DNA of 60,965 bases, filler included, from Sphacelaria rigidula (GCA_964200075.2; 6 parts of 6 records of this genome joined end to end with filler, not necessarily neighbours in it); one strand, 5' to 3'; positions 26,130-39,387 are shown, counted from the first letter of the whole stretch. The notes: generated by a model not told the origin, from the sequence alone. Program-made: numbers and translations.

Positions 26130-27273
26130 GAACGCAGCATCATTCAGCAGTCTGCTGAGATATACCATCACCAGAGCACAGCTTCACCACAGTACAGTGG
26201 TCACTTGGATCAAATGGGTGCCCCACAATAAAGCTGCAGACACCCACAACGGGGGTAAGGATTAGTCCCACACCTGGGGTTGTTTCACCAGTAGTGCCCA
26301 TGCGAGGCGCTTCATCTAGTGTGAACCAGCTATCCCGCCTTGTATGGCCACCTTCGCCGTGGCTGTGTTGAGAACCGGTTCCGCGGTGGAGCTGTTGAAC
26401 AATACTACTGTTGTAGTGCAACGCACTTGAAAACTCCGAGCCGTTTCTTTTGTATTTCAAAGCCGCGGCAGCTGACACTTTCTACGATAGCCCCCTCCCC
26501 CCCCAAAACCAGCTAAAAGTGCCGCGAAAAAAATGGTCATTCGGCGCCTGATCTTTGGGTTCAGGCTGCGTGAAGCGCGCCTCATACTGGCGACATTGAC
26601 CAGAACGAACCCAAGCGTGGGAATTCCCAGCTTCTCGTTGTGTTCGGTTTTTCCCATTTCGATTTACGTGACGATTTTGCCTCCCAAGACCATGCACTTT
26701 GGGGGGGGGGGGCTATCGTAGAAAGTGTCAGCTGTAGTCTGAATATTTCTCCTGACGGTCCCAAACGGGATCTGATGCAGCGACGGAAAGCGCTGGCACC
26801 ATCCTCCTCAGATGGGATTTGTGACAGCTGTGGGGGTATTTGGTGAACATCGCTCGGAATGAAACATGTACAACAGTATTCAGGGCTATCGTAAGTACAT
26901 CTTTTCCCTGTTCAAAATCGAAATTTCCTTGCTTGAACATTTTACACCTGTTACAATGAACGACTGCCTTCCAAGAAAACAACCCCTTATTTCCGGAGTT
27001 CCCCTGGGGTCTAATCCCAACGCTGAGGTTCTCAACACAGCCACGGCGAAGGTGGCCATACAAGGCGGGATAGCTGGTTCACACTAGATGAAGCGCCTCG
27101 CATGGGCACTACTGGCGAAACAACCCCAGGCGTAGGACTGATCCTTACCCCCGTTGTGGGTGTCTGCAGCTTTATTGTGGGGCACCCATTTGATCCAAGT
27201 GACCACTGTACTGTGGTGATGCTGTGCTCTGGTGATGGTATATCTCAGCAGACTGCTGAATGATGCTGCGTTC
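26130..27273. repeat. Inner inverted repeat with ~247-bp arms (26130-26376 / 27027-27273)
   Basis: gaacgcagcatcattcagc...gtgttgagaacc matched in reverse with a few substitutions. Confidence 0.92.
26469..26734. mobile_element. MITE
   Basis: TIR cagctgacactttctacgatagccccc / gggggctatcgtagaaagtgtcagctg. Confidence 0.85.
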
Positions 27274-30200
27274 CAAAGATCGTTGGCGTATGCCGCCGCA
27301 TTGGATCGTTTCGCTGACGACGGTCGTCGCCGGCGCAACAGTGTGAAGTCTCTCTCAGATACACAACAAGAGGCGCTCGAAAACTCGATGGCTAGTCCAA
27401 AGAAGTATGTTTTCAGCATGCTTTTTCACGTGTTCCGTAGCGCTTAGACGCAGGGGATGCTCAAAATATGCCGCACAATGAATGAGGGCGGCTTTTCGGT
27501 TGGACTGCTCACCATCATGCTTTCGCTGTCGTGCAGAAACTTCTGAGTTAGGAGCACATGGTCGAAACCGCTTGCGAATCCTAAGCCTTTTGAACAAAGT
27601 AAATGAAATTTCGATGGTCTGTTGAACCTCAATCAAATGTTGAACCTCAAAAACGAATCCAGGCTGTTGATAGCGCTTTGCTGAAGATGAGGATGTCGTC
27701 TTACCATGCCTGAACTCCTTTGTCAATGAGAGTACCTAGGGTTTTGGAGATACCTCTGGTGAACCCAGATGAGAGATTCTTCAGCCCAAAACTACACCCA
27801 TTGTACTCCTAAAGTTGGCCGAGGGCGTCTCTGAAGGCTGTCTTGTGTTTGTCATTCTCCTCGATTTCGAGTTAGAAGTACCCTGAGGTGAGATCTAATG
27901 TGAAAAAGTGTTTATTTCCACATAGCTTGTCGTGCATGCTGTCGATGTCCTCCAGACCTCCGCTGTCTGTTTCCGTGAGATCATTTCGTTCCCTGTCTTA
28001 AACCGTCACAAGTCATGACATAGGCGAAGCGTGCCGCCTTTTTTTGGTACCGCGAGGGATCTCGCTGCCCATCCCGACTCTGACCGCCGAACGATACCAC
28101 GTTGATGAAGTTTCTTTACTTCTGCTTGGATTGCTTCAGTCTCGTCCGCGGAAAAACGTCGCTGCTTTGTTGCCACAGGTTTACATCGTTCATCTCTCAA
28201 CGGTATGTGAATCTTACCTTGATCACAAGGGCGGACGTTTTTGGGGTCTGCTGGAAAAATTCCCTGACGGCGGAACTCGTTGAGCAGTGTCAAGAGCTCT
28301 TGCTTTTTAGGGGCGCTAAGCTGTCCAAGGTTGGCGTCATTGAGATTGGACATGATTGACGTGTCATCGTCCATCTCTCTTCCGTGGTTGTGTAGAGTGT
28401 GATGTGTCATCCTTGCTGTTTTTAGGGTTAGATGGCAGAAATAACGCGCGGAAGCGTTTTTCATCATCGATATTGACCGCCACTGTCTGGGCTATCTGCT
28501 GATTTGCCACAACGAGGCTCTGGTTGGGGCTTCTGTTCACTACCTTGTATACAACGGGTGTACCTGGCTCCCACCACTGGATACCTCTCGCTACGCCTAG
28601 CACCGCGCCTTTCTCCGAATCATAATCCTCGGTAGGTGATATCAGTATCAGTCGCCATACATGAGAGAGGGGACCCTTGGTACGTCCCTCTACTGCTGTG
28701 CTGACAGAACCTGGTAGTTGTAGCGATGAGGATAGGGAAAATGCCCACTGCGGCGTACCGTCATCTTCCCAAACTGCCTTACCCATGAATGTGCCACTGA
28801 CTATCCTGTCTGTGATCGTTGCAATAGAGGGGGTGAAGGCGTCTAGCGGAAACGGGGGGTAAAGCTCTGGTTCTTCGGCCCCTTCTCTGGGTATGACAGC
28901 ACAGAACATGTCACATAGCTCCTCGGCTACGTCAGGTGTAATCTTCGAATCATTCGACACTTGTATGCCTTCTGCTGACAACGGGGCCGTCTCTGATGGC
29001 GTAGTATCTGTTGTGGCCCCCTTGGCCACGTCAGACATATCCTCCGAACCATTCGACACTTGGATTTCTTTCGCTGACAGCGGCGCCGTCTCTGATTTTG
29101 TATTTTCTGGCGTGGCCCCCTCGGCCACGTCAGGCCTATTGTCCAAACCATCCGACACTTGGATATCTTTCGCTGCCAACGGGGTCGCACTTGATGGTCT
29201 AGTAGTTGGCGAGAATATCGAACTACAGGTGTCGACCGGTATCCATGGTGTGTCAGGCGTAGCGCGGAAGCCTTGCTGTTGGTCAAATGACAGGACGCTC
29301 GAGTGTTTGCGGAACAATACTGCGCCCACTACTAGTGCGTATGGAAAGCCCTTGACTACATGTACTACGACGTTGCGTACTTTATCTTCTGGGGGGAAGA
29401 CGACTGGTATTGTGGAGGAGCCTAGGATTTCCATTGGTGGTACCTTGTTTTCCTCTGCGTTTGCTGCCCTCAACGCGCCTGCATCTCCCTTTTCTAGTTT
29501 GCGATCAGGTATTCCTCCCCACTTACAAATCGATTGCCAGAAAGTACCGGGCACGTAGTTTCCCCCACCAGCTCCCGTGTCCAACAGGACGGAGACAGGA
29601 AGTCGCATGCTCAACTTATGAGGGTGCCAGATTTTTGCCTGTACCCAAACCTGGGCTTTGTGATCTTTGTTTGCGGCAATTTGTTCGGCGACCGCAACAA
29701 CTTCTTCCTTTCTTTCGAGCGTTGGTGCGTGAATAGACTCGCTCCCTGTTAAATTCGTACTACGGGAGGGTTTCGGTGACGGCACATCGTTGAGATTCCC
29801 CGGGAGTGAGGTACTATCCGGGGCGCACCTTCAGGTGGTGCGCTCTACTCCGTCTTCGTGGTCGCTCTCGGATTCGAGTCCGGTAATAGCTGATATCATT
29901 TCGAATTGCTCGGAAGTTAGAGATAATAATCCCAATTGAGGTACGCTCAAGGGAAAAACTCCGGTTCGTGGGAACAACGACACGTGGAACGATGCCCGGA
30001 GTATCCGGAGAGAGAAAAATTAATCCTTTATCACCCAAGCCTTTCAAAATTGAAAAAATAAGCAAACCAAGTTGCAGGAGTAGATGTGGAGTATGGCTCT
30101 ATTAACGTGAAAAATGCGGCGAAAACACCCCCCGTTTCATTTACGGTACACTTTACGCAGCAGTTGATTTCGATTTCTCGCGACCGTAGACGTCTCAAAC

Positions 30201-30434
30201 CTTCTCCTTCAGTACAAACGTTAATGAGGTTAGTGCAGTTCATTTTAAGGGGAAAAAAGAGGAGGAAAATTCACTGCGGGGATGAAAATCGCCTATCCCC
30301 TGGTTTTCGGAACAAATTTCGTCATTAAGTCGGTTTTTGGCAGCGCCGTACTCGACGAAAACTACCCCCGCCCCCCCCCCCTCGCCCCCCTCCTCCTTTA
30401 ACAACGTCTGGCAGGAGCGTGCGGGTGCGAAGGG
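27270..30434 (-). repeat. Right arm of the 3165-bp inverted repeat, holding a second copy of the Gypsy pol fragment (27676-29785)
   Basis: Reverse complement of 20357-23521. Confidence 0.97.
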
Positions 30435-30534
30435 NNNNNNNNNNNNNNNNNNNNNNNNNNNNNNNNNNNNNNNNNNNNTTAATTAATTAANNNNNNNNNN
30501 NNNNNNNNNNNNNNNNNNNNNNNNNNNNNNNNNN
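30435..30534. other. Artificial contig spacer
   Basis: N44-TTAATTAATTAA-N44. Confidence 0.98.
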
Positions 30535-31254
30535 TACCGTTTCGCGAATTTCGCTGTCTTTTTTTTATTGAAGGCTTGAAAATCCATCCGGACCCAACTG
30601 CATCAAAACGAGAATTTTTCACTTGACTCTATTCCACCGCTCGTTTTTTCGATCGAAAAAAACGTGCTAAGACACGCCCTGAGAGTGATTTTGGGGGAGA
30701 TGAGACTGTGGCATCAACTCACGACCAATTGGAATCATGGGGAAAAAACAAAAATCCCCAACCGTCATAATCACCATCACTATCACGTCGCGTTCCCACA
30801 TTTTTGGACTCGATAAGACGGGCCCTTACAGACAGCACCATCTCCATGTTCACGACAGGTAGGTATTTTGGCAAATTGCAAGCGCCGAAGCGAAGCTATT
30901 CCTACACCCAACTTGTATGCGTTTCACGCGTGTTTATACGGGCCTCCGTCTTGGTTCGGATTTGGGCACATATTTTCGTAGATGTTAGACGCAAAGAATG
31001 AACTTGAATAGAGGCCCGGCTATGCCGAGATCGTCGGATTTGATATTCGGAACAATTTCTTCGTTGTCTCCGATGGCAAAGGTGCAGTGGTACGCAATTT
31101 ACGACAAGGTCGCACACCAGTAGTTACAAGTCCAGGAAAGTATTCTCGGACGAGGTAAACGGTAGGCTAGGGTGGAGATGGCCAAATGCAAGAGAGGTGA
31201 CCTCGCCCGGGTGTATACGAACGTCCCATGCATGTGGTGTACAAGATGCAGCAA

Positions 31255-31500
31255 AGTACACCCAAAAAATTCGACTTGACGGTCGTCGAGGGAAAGGGAT
31301 TGTCGAGCCCTCCTCAAGATAAAAAATAAAGGAAAGCACCGCAGAAGGAAGGTGAAGTACAAAAAACAAATAGAAAAGAAAAAGCTCCTGCGTTGACCTT
31401 CCTCCTGAGTGACCCCGGCTGGTGCGTCCACATATACCGAAAGGTGTAGACCGGCACCCAGAATAGATGGAACGACAACACACAACACACCATGACACAC
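31255..31500 (+). mobile_element. 5'-truncated copy of the tRNA-derived SINE
   Basis: gacgagggaaaggga-like...gcagaaggaaggtg...gaccccggc...gtgtagaccggc...ccagaatagatgg followed by a CA-rich tail. Confidence 0.8.
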
Positions 31501-33530
31501 CCTATTCAATGTAGGCAGGTGAGGACTGCAAATATGTTTCATAATATAATACTTGTAGTTCTTTCGCAGCTGACAACATAGACCCGGATTTCCATGAACT
31601 TTATCTCACCTGGAGTTTCGATCCTGAAGATGGGAGGGAAGTACCCAGGAGAAGCGACAGCGGAAGTCTACCAAGTTGTCGGCTTTGCCGACCGACATGA
31701 AGAGGCTTCTTTATATAATAATTAAATCTACATAACCAAATTTTGTTGTTTTCCATTATTCTTGTCATCACGCACCAGCAACGGGTACGAGAAATCGTAT
31801 CAATAGGACAACAACAGCCGCTGTCTTGTTCGACTACGCAGTCAGGCACAGTAAGCTGTAAGGCAATAACTCGTGGCTAAGCCCGCACGTAGGATAGAAT
31901 GTCGTGGGAACAATATGCACCGACGTCGGAAACGCAGCTGGAGCGGCTTTCGCGCTTGAAGGTCGCCTGTGGGGGGGCAGACGCGGAGGGTATACGGAAA
32001 GTTGTTCCGAGTCAACAGGTGAGGAGCCCGCAGCCAGAACACGAGTCGCCCCCTGTATGCATCAACCCAGCCTTGCCTGCATTTTGAGAGAAGGCACGAC
32101 CTTGCAGAGCGCCCGCATCCCCAATGATGCACAAGTTTCTGATCTTTAGCACAGTTGTTCCTCGAAAAAGTTGAGGTTGTAGATTCTGTCACCGTCCATT
32201 CTGTAAAGTGCAAGGTAGCGTGCATGACGGGGTATAACACCCTCTCCGGGATTCCCGAGAAGACAGCGAGAACTGTCGCCGACTAGGCATCCAGTACAAA
32301 CCAAAAGCTTTATTCACTCAAGAAACCGTTGGTGGCATAGCTTCTGAAAATTACTCAAAACTCGAGATGGCGAACTTTGCTTTATCGGGGTTGTGGGACG
32401 CTCACTCGGAACAAGCGGATTGGTGTTATAGTATAACACCCCCCCCCCCCTCCCGCGCGCGTGCGTAACACATGTTTTGAGCCTTGGTTTTTCGAAGGCT
32501 GTGCAATCTCGTCGAGATAGGTTGGTTGAGAGGATTATTCCCAAACTACAGTCGATCACGAAAACCGAGTTGTGGAGAAAATTTCATGCCGCGATATGGT
32601 GAGTATGTGACGTGTACATGGAAATCCCAAGGCAGTGCAGTACTGCACTTATCTACAGCACAGTACATACAGTACGGTGCGGCCAATAGTCAACGTTAAA
32701 GTCACGCAGCTGTGATAGCGAGGGTGTACCTGGTCACCACGAACACTGCTATTCAGTTGCCATGGTTTTCTCCTGGTGAGGATGGGTCTGTCCTCTTCCC
32801 GTGTCATTCTGGGAACAGGGATCACGCACAGTCTTCAGCGAACGGCACAACGCTACGGACTGTGGATTGTCGCACAGTCCAGCGCCCTTCCACGCTGTAC
32901 TATGTGATGTATCGTGTCGTACTTGATATACGTTCAGCCTTGAAGAGTATGCTTGGAAGCATGTACTGTGGCTGAATCCAGAGCCACCCGATGGGAAAAT
33001 ACTGCCTGCACGATGTCTTGTGGAGGTCAGTACTGCCATGCGTGTTTGTATGGGGTGTGCAGTATGTCGGCGGATGAGATTTCCAAGGCTGCGCAGCATG
33101 TGTGCAAAGACCAGGCAGAAGGTAGATATCCGTTGCCTCCATGAAGTTGTTCCTGCTGTGCCGTAAACTGCAGCGGCAGTTTCTCAGTAGACGCGAACAC
33201 CTGGAACGTAGGTGCTATGCAACTCGGTGTTGGTACCATACCTCTAGCTTCACCTGAAGACACAGTTGTGGAGCTGACCTAGCATAATCCTCACACTTTA
33301 AATCGCGAAAACTCGAGTCATTAATTTTTTTCACAACAAGCAATGATTCGTGTGCTCGAGTCATTCATTTTTCCACAGCGAGCAATGACCCGAGTGATGG
33401 CCCTGAAAATGTACTACTCGAGAGATACCCTCTGCCGCTTCAGTAGAACTCTGATCTGCGGGGGGGGAGAGGGGTTGCTTGGATAAAATGAAGACGAGCT
33501 TTAGAGCTTGACTCTTGTACATGTGCAGAT

Positions 33531-34361
33531 CAGGTGTTAGCTCCGTAACGCCATTTTTTTTTCAAATTAAGCTCCTTTTTTCTTTGGGGAGGAGCTTTCC
33601 CCCCATTGGTTTAGGCCTCATTTTAAGCTTTTTCAGCTTAGATATGCGTACTTTATGCGCCTCCTTCGCGTCCTTGTTGTGGCGTTGTGGCAGTATCCCC
33701 TCACGAGGCGCACCTTCTAGCATGAGGAGAAGACGACAATTGGGGTATTCAAAGCTTAAATAAAATGTTCTCTATTGAAAAATAGAGCTTTTCTTCCATC
33801 ATTGAGTTTGAGTGCCACTATGCACTCGTACACTCATGACGCGCGATGCAGCAGTGGGGCATTGCAGCCTCTGGACACAGGACATTGCAGCCTTTGGCCT
33901 CTCGCCCGGCAAGCTACAAGCTACAAACTTCGCTGCTACTTTCACTGAGTATCCCTCCAAAGCGCGGTAGGTTGTACAGTGTACAAGTGTACATTGGGCC
34001 CCATAGCACAATTTTTGTACAAATCTTGATTACATTTTTCGATTCAACACAACAGTATCACATATACGAAATCTACACAGAAACGTTTTCGGCAGTTTGG
34101 AGTATTGAGTATTGAAGCCTGTCTGGTGAGGAGCGACGAGTCACGCCATACAGTAGGCCATAGGGGACACTTTCGGGCAGCTCATACAATGACTGCAGGA
34201 GGCGCACGAAGAAATATCGCAATTTTTTGCGCGTTTCGAGCACAGTTTAAGCTTTTCAGAAAATTTAAGCTCGTTTTAAGTTTAAAAAAAAAAGGCTTAT
34301 TTAGTCCCAAAATTCCCTAAATTGAGCTAAACCTCAAGCGCGCTAACGGAGCTAGCGCCTA
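33531..34361. mobile_element. Non-autonomous hAT-like element
   Basis: TIR caggtgttagctccgt / acggagctagcgccta; 8-bp TSD gtgcagat / gtggagat (1 mismatch); many aagct subterminal motifs. Confidence 0.7.
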
Positions 34362-34464
34362 GTGGAGATATGCATATGAACTTGAAGCTCCTAGGTTCAA
34401 GATCGTCGAAGAGCTCATGATAATTGTTTGCTCGTCGGATCGCTGGCTCCTCCATTCAAGTTCT

Positions 34465-34533
34465 TCATCACGAGCAATGACTCGTGTTCTCGAGTCGTTT
34501 ACTTCTCCACCACGAGCAACGACTCGAGTACTC

Positions 34534-34564
<31 letters not shown>

Positions 34565-34830
34565 TGCCACAACGAGCAATGACTCGAGTGCTCACCCTAC
34601 TAATTTTTTCCACAACGAGGAACGACTCGAGTGCTCACCCTACTATTTTTTTTCACAACGAGCAATGACTCGAGTGCTCCCCCTATTATTTTTTTTCACA
34701 ACGAGCAATGACTCGAGTATTCGCTCTATTATTTTTCCCCACAACGAGCAATGACTCGAGTGCTCGCCCTATTAACTTTTCCCACAACGAGCAGCCCAAC
34801 GAGTGCGAGTGCCACGAGTCATACTCGTGC
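34465..34830 (+). repeat. ~43-bp minisatellite (cacaacgagcaatgactcgagtgctc core) with an internal (AT)n
   Basis: About 8 units. Two further units lie at ~33310-33400, on the other side of the hAT-like insertion. Confidence 0.9.
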
Positions 34831-35176
34831 TCGTCCGGCGTGTTGAAAGCTTCTTGTTGTTGCTGTTTCGCCTTGTCTCAAACAGACAAGGTGGTTGGAC
34901 GCCCGCCATGAGATAAATGCACATGATGTAGGCGTGGGTGGTACAGTTGGAAAGCTGAGGATTGCAACTGTCCGACGATGTTCGTATCCTGTTACATGGC
35001 GCGCTATAATAGTCTTGTAAGCAAACGAGTGAATATCGCCCTGAATCAGATCGTCCACCCCCTCGATATGTTTTAGAGTCGACCGTTCAGGATTAGCAAG
35101 CACCCCGAGCCAGTCCTGCTGGAGTCTAGAGCCTGGCGCATATGCTGTTGGTTCCGGTATCTGTATCCAGCAGTTA

Positions 35177-35599
35177 ACAGTGGGTTCTCGAAAATGGGGT
35201 TGAAAAAACAAATTAGGCTCAACTCAAAAGCCGTTCTTTCCCTGACCTAAATTCATGATAAATGGCTTTCATATGGACCACCCCATCCCTTCCGACCTCC
35301 CTGAAACTATTTCGGGGGATTGCTAGCCTTCCGTTCCCCTCAAAGGATACGTGCGAAAGCACGATTTTTGGACCAAAACAACGCCCTTTTTTCACCCCGA
35401 AATCGAGGCACAAGTGTGCTTTCGCACATACCCTTTGGGGGAAGGGAAGGCTAGGAATCCCCCGAAATAGTTCTAGGGAGGTCGGGAGGGATGGGGTGGT
35501 CCATATGAAAGTCATTTGTCATGAAGTTAGGTCAGGGAAAGCACGTATTTTGAGTGAATCTTGTTTTGTTTTTCAACCCCGTTTTCGAGAATGCACTGT
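35177..35599. mobile_element. Foldback MITE with ~185-bp TIRs (Tc1/mariner-like)
   Basis: acagtg...cactgt flanked by TA; arms ~35177-35362 and ~35414-35599. Confidence 0.85.
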
Positions 35600-35814
35600 T
35601 AGTCGGTGGTGAGGTATGGTCACTCACAGCTTGAAAACAGGGCCATGCGGTTGCAGCAATGTCAGATATAATAGTTGCCATAACGTCGATTCCACGACTG
35701 CTTTTATTCGAGTTGTACATTTGGGGTTGTGGCGTTTTTGTCCGTGCAGTTTATGTGCGCCACGGCTTGCTGGAACGCTCCTCGTACTAGAAGCGTTACG
35801 GCGAGTTTTCCACT

Positions 35815-36050
35815 GTGGTTTTCGGTTGGTTGATTGTCGCACTTCAACCGACCCCCCCGGGGTCCAGGCGTGGTCTCATGATAGACGTACCCAAGAAAAA
35901 AGAAACTGAAACACGCTCTGAGAAAAAGAAGGAACATGAAAAGAAAAAAAAAAAACGGGGTCGAACAGAACGACACAGCAGACCAAGTCGGAACAAACAA
36001 AAAATAGTTATGAAAAAGTCAACACAAGCAAAGCAAAGCACAGAAAGAAA
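35815..36050 (-). mobile_element. 3' end of a non-LTR retroelement family with an (AATC)n-like tail
   Basis: ttggttgattgtcgcacttcaa...gggtccag.cgtggtc.catgatagacgtacccaag; also at ~38365-38540, ~45330-45500 and ~59305-59365. Confidence 0.65.
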
Positions 36051-36676
36051 TGGCCGACCTGAAACAAGAAGAAAGGAAAAGACGAGGAAAGTACAGAGCA
36101 GATGAAACAACGGAGATATCAATATTCAGGGTAAATATTCAGAAATGATTCAAATCCTCTGGTTAAAGGCTGAACTTGATGCCCGAACAATATAATGCGT
36201 CGCGGACTGCTTGTTCGACCCACCCCGTGGTTGATTTGCGTCATGACTTGTTGTATGGGCCGCAATTTTGGGGCAGATCCCAGCGGGCACCGTTGGTGTA
36301 TGCGGGGAAATTCAATTTTATTGTTCGAAACCTCAAACGTTTCCCCTGTCGCTCCCTCTCACTCCTTCAAGATCAATTTTAGCTTCCATCCGGTCGGTCT
36401 CTTTCCACCACGGTACGTTGAGGTGTATGCTTTTCAATTCTCAGGGAGGAACGTGAAGTATCCCTAATTTTGTATTTGACTGCCGCAGATTTTTTACTCC
36501 TTTCTACGAGCTGGACCAACCTAGAAGCGGACTTGTAGTTTGTAGGCCCATCCTCCCATGAACTTTTAGAGTTGGTCCCTGAAATTTGGTATGGACAATG
36601 AATAGCGCATGATTGATATATATATATATGTATATATCGACCGAAGTTTTTTTTACTGAGACCTGAAAATTGATTA

Positions 36677-36935
36677 TGGCCGACACTTTACCAGCCCAAA
36701 ACTGCCACGAAGGAAATGGTCATACAGCGCTTCATGTTTGTATTCAGGCTGCATGAGACCCCCTCATACGGGAAACATTAGCGAAAACGAACCCAAGCGT
36801 GGGAAGTCACAGCTGCTCATTGTGCTCGGTTCCTTCATTTCGATTTACGTGTAAATTTCGCTTCCCCAAACGAGCCACTTTTTTTTTGTTTTGCTTTTTT
36901 GGGGGGGGGGGGGTTATCGTAGAAAGTGTCGGCTG
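36677..36935. mobile_element. MITE, same family as 26469-26734
   Basis: Shares cgaacccaagcgtgggaa...catttcgatttacgtg and the G-run + tatcgtagaaagtgtc end. Confidence 0.75.
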
Positions 36936-36998
36936 CTAACTCACGAAAACAGAAATCTTCGGGTCGGTAAATAATGTTTTCAATAATGCCCTGTTCCT

Positions 36999-37374
36999 TG
37001 TGTGTGTGTGTGTGTGTTTGTGTGTTTGTGTGTTGTCGTCCCATCTATTGTGGACGCCAGTCTACACCTTTCGGTATATGTGGGCGCATCAGCCGAGGTC
37101 ACACAGGACGAAGGTCAACACAGGAGCTCTTTATTTTGATTTTATTTGTTTTTTGTATTTCACCTTCCTTCTGCGGTGCTTGCCTCTTATTTTTATCGCG
37201 AGAGGAGTCCAGCAACCCCTTTCCCTCGTTGACCGTTCAGTCGAGTTTTGTGCACCCACGACATAGTCGCTCTCCACTGTTGGGCATGGTGTAAGANNNN
37301 NNNNNNCGGGAATCGAACCCCACTACTCAACCGTCAGAAGGTTACGAAGTTACCAACTGAGCCACCGGGGCGAC
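36999..37374 (-). mobile_element. tRNA-derived SINE, near full length
   Basis: A box tggctcagttgg, B box ggttcgattccc, conserved body, (CA)n tail; contains a 10-N gap. Confidence 0.85.
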
Positions 37375-38364
37375 TGGTGTTCGTTGTCCGTACCAAATAT
37401 CAGGGGTCACCTCTAAAAATTAACGAAAGATTGGGCCTTGAGTAGCCGGGTCGGTAGAAATTCGCAACATTATTTTGCAGGCCACTTACCGGCCGACGTT
37501 TGGTGTTTGTGTATTGAAATTTCTTGTGGAACCTCGCTGGGGCATAGTGTCCCAAGAAGGTGGGTCAGATTGTTAGTTTGGTTCTTCTCTGGTTTCGGGC
37601 GTTACAGTGTGGTAACCACAATTTTCCCACGAGTACGCCCTAACCTCTTCTCCCCCGCCCCCCCAAATAAAATGAAGGCTCTTTTCTTTCATTCAGCATG
37701 CCTTCGCGATTCTCCGCGCTAAGTTTCAAACCAGAATTCTCAAAATTGAGCTAAAAAACTGAGGTAAGGTACAACAGCCATGTTCATTTCCCCCTCAAAA
37801 CTCCCCTTAAATAAAGAAGAAATGAGGCACAAATGAAGAGAATGGAAATTGTTGTTGTTTTCTCATCATCATGCACTAGCGATTCTTCACACAAAATTTC
37901 GGAGCACAACTCTCTAAGACTGAGACGCGATATTCAGATTTCGTGCATTTCGTGCCTATGCTCATAATATACTGATTTCAATATGGAAAAACTGTGCGTC
38001 ATATCTCGGTGAAGGAAAGAGTATCTATCGTTCCCCCGTGCTCCAGGGAATGTTATCACCAAAAATCGCCATCATCCACTATATATATGTATATATACAT
38101 CGTTCGGGGTTTCATCCAGACTTTTGAGTATGGACGCTATCTCCGTACGGTATAGGAATTACTAGACATGTGTTTAAATCAACGAGAAAAAAATCGGGAC
38201 GGATTTTTTTCATCAGATGGGCATCTTCCCCTTAATTAGACGATTACTACGATATGCAGATCACGGCCCAACTCGTCTGTGTCCACGAGATATTTCTTGT
38301 AGAGCTTTTAAACAACCCGTTTCTAGGCTGGACCAGCCTGAATATTTCTCCATTTTTTTTCTGC

Positions 38365-38540
38365 AGTTGTGATTGGTTGATTGTTTGGTGATGATTGACT
38401 GATTGGTTGATTGTCGCACTTCAATTGACCTCCCCAGGGGTCCAGCCGTGGTCGCATGATAGACGTACCCAAGAAAAGCAAAATGAAACACTCGCTGAAG
38501 AAAAGAAGAAACATAAAAAAATAAAAATAAAAGTCGAACA
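38365..38540 (-). mobile_element. (AATC)n-tailed retroelement 3' end
   Basis: Close match to 35815-35940. Confidence 0.65.
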
Positions 38541-38579
38541 GTACAGTGTTACCAGTTATGGTGTGGTACATGTTATTAT

Positions 38580-39186
38580 CAGGGATGCAAGAAAACGGTG
38601 ACCGGCTTTAACCGGTACTCAGGGTTCGCGGTACGTTACAAGGAAATTCCAGGTTATTTTTACGCACGGGGGCCCGCTCATTTCGGGGGGGGGGGGGGGG
38701 GGATTTCCATGGTGGGGGCCCCCTTTGGCAGCACGCAGCCCCCCCCTGGACANNNNNNNNNNGGGCGGGTGGTGTGCGGGTCTGTTGCGGGGGTCTGGGG
38801 GGTTTTGTGGCGGCCGGGGGGGCCGGGGGTGGGGGGGGGGGGGGGGGTATTTCCATGGTGCGGGCCCCCTTTGGCAGCACGCAGCACACACCTGTACACA
38901 CACGCGGAAAGACGGCCGGGCGCACAACCAAACGACACACAGCAGACACCAGACCCCACCAGACCACCATGGCATCTGCCTCTTGGGGTACTACTCTAGC
39001 CTTGGAACGCACAGCAGTACCTTAGTACACTACCGCATACAGCATGCCTCGAGAGCTGCGTCCAAACGAAAAATTTATCAGACATATACGTTGTATACCA
39101 CCCCGGGGATGGTACGTTTTCGTCCCCGGCCTGCGCGGTTATAACCGGTACGTTACATGGTTCACGCGCGGTTTCTTACATCCCTG
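38580..39186. mobile_element. Non-autonomous hAT-like element
   Basis: TIR cagggatgcaagaaa / tttcttacatccctg; 8-bp TSD gttattat / gttatcat; aaccggt subterminal motifs. Confidence 0.75.
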
Positions 39187-39269
39187 GTTATCATGTGGTA
39201 CAGTACCCACATGCTGCACCGCGTGTATCCGTGTGCGTTGCCCCGCATGACATGTGCCATGCTACTTTA

Positions 39270-39387
39270 CCCTTTGGGAACCGATTGGCGATTTTTGTTT
39301 GTGTGAATCGGCATCATTTTGACTTGAAAATGACTGAAAATGATGCCGATTCACAGAAATGAAAATCGTCAGTGGGTTCCAAAAGGG
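39270..39387. mobile_element. ~118-bp palindromic MITE with CCCT...AGGG ends
   Basis: Hairpin along its whole length (tgtgaatcggcatcatttt / aaaatgatgccgattcaca). Confidence 0.7.

Noticed and set aside
34465-34830. CRISPR-like array (conserved ~25-nt core with spacers)
   Set aside because: The spacers are near-identical T-rich sequence, so this is a minisatellite. The context is eukaryotic and has no cas genes.
38598-39144. Gly/Pro-rich overlapping ORFs
   Set aside because: G/C runs inside a hAT-like element, spanning an N gap.
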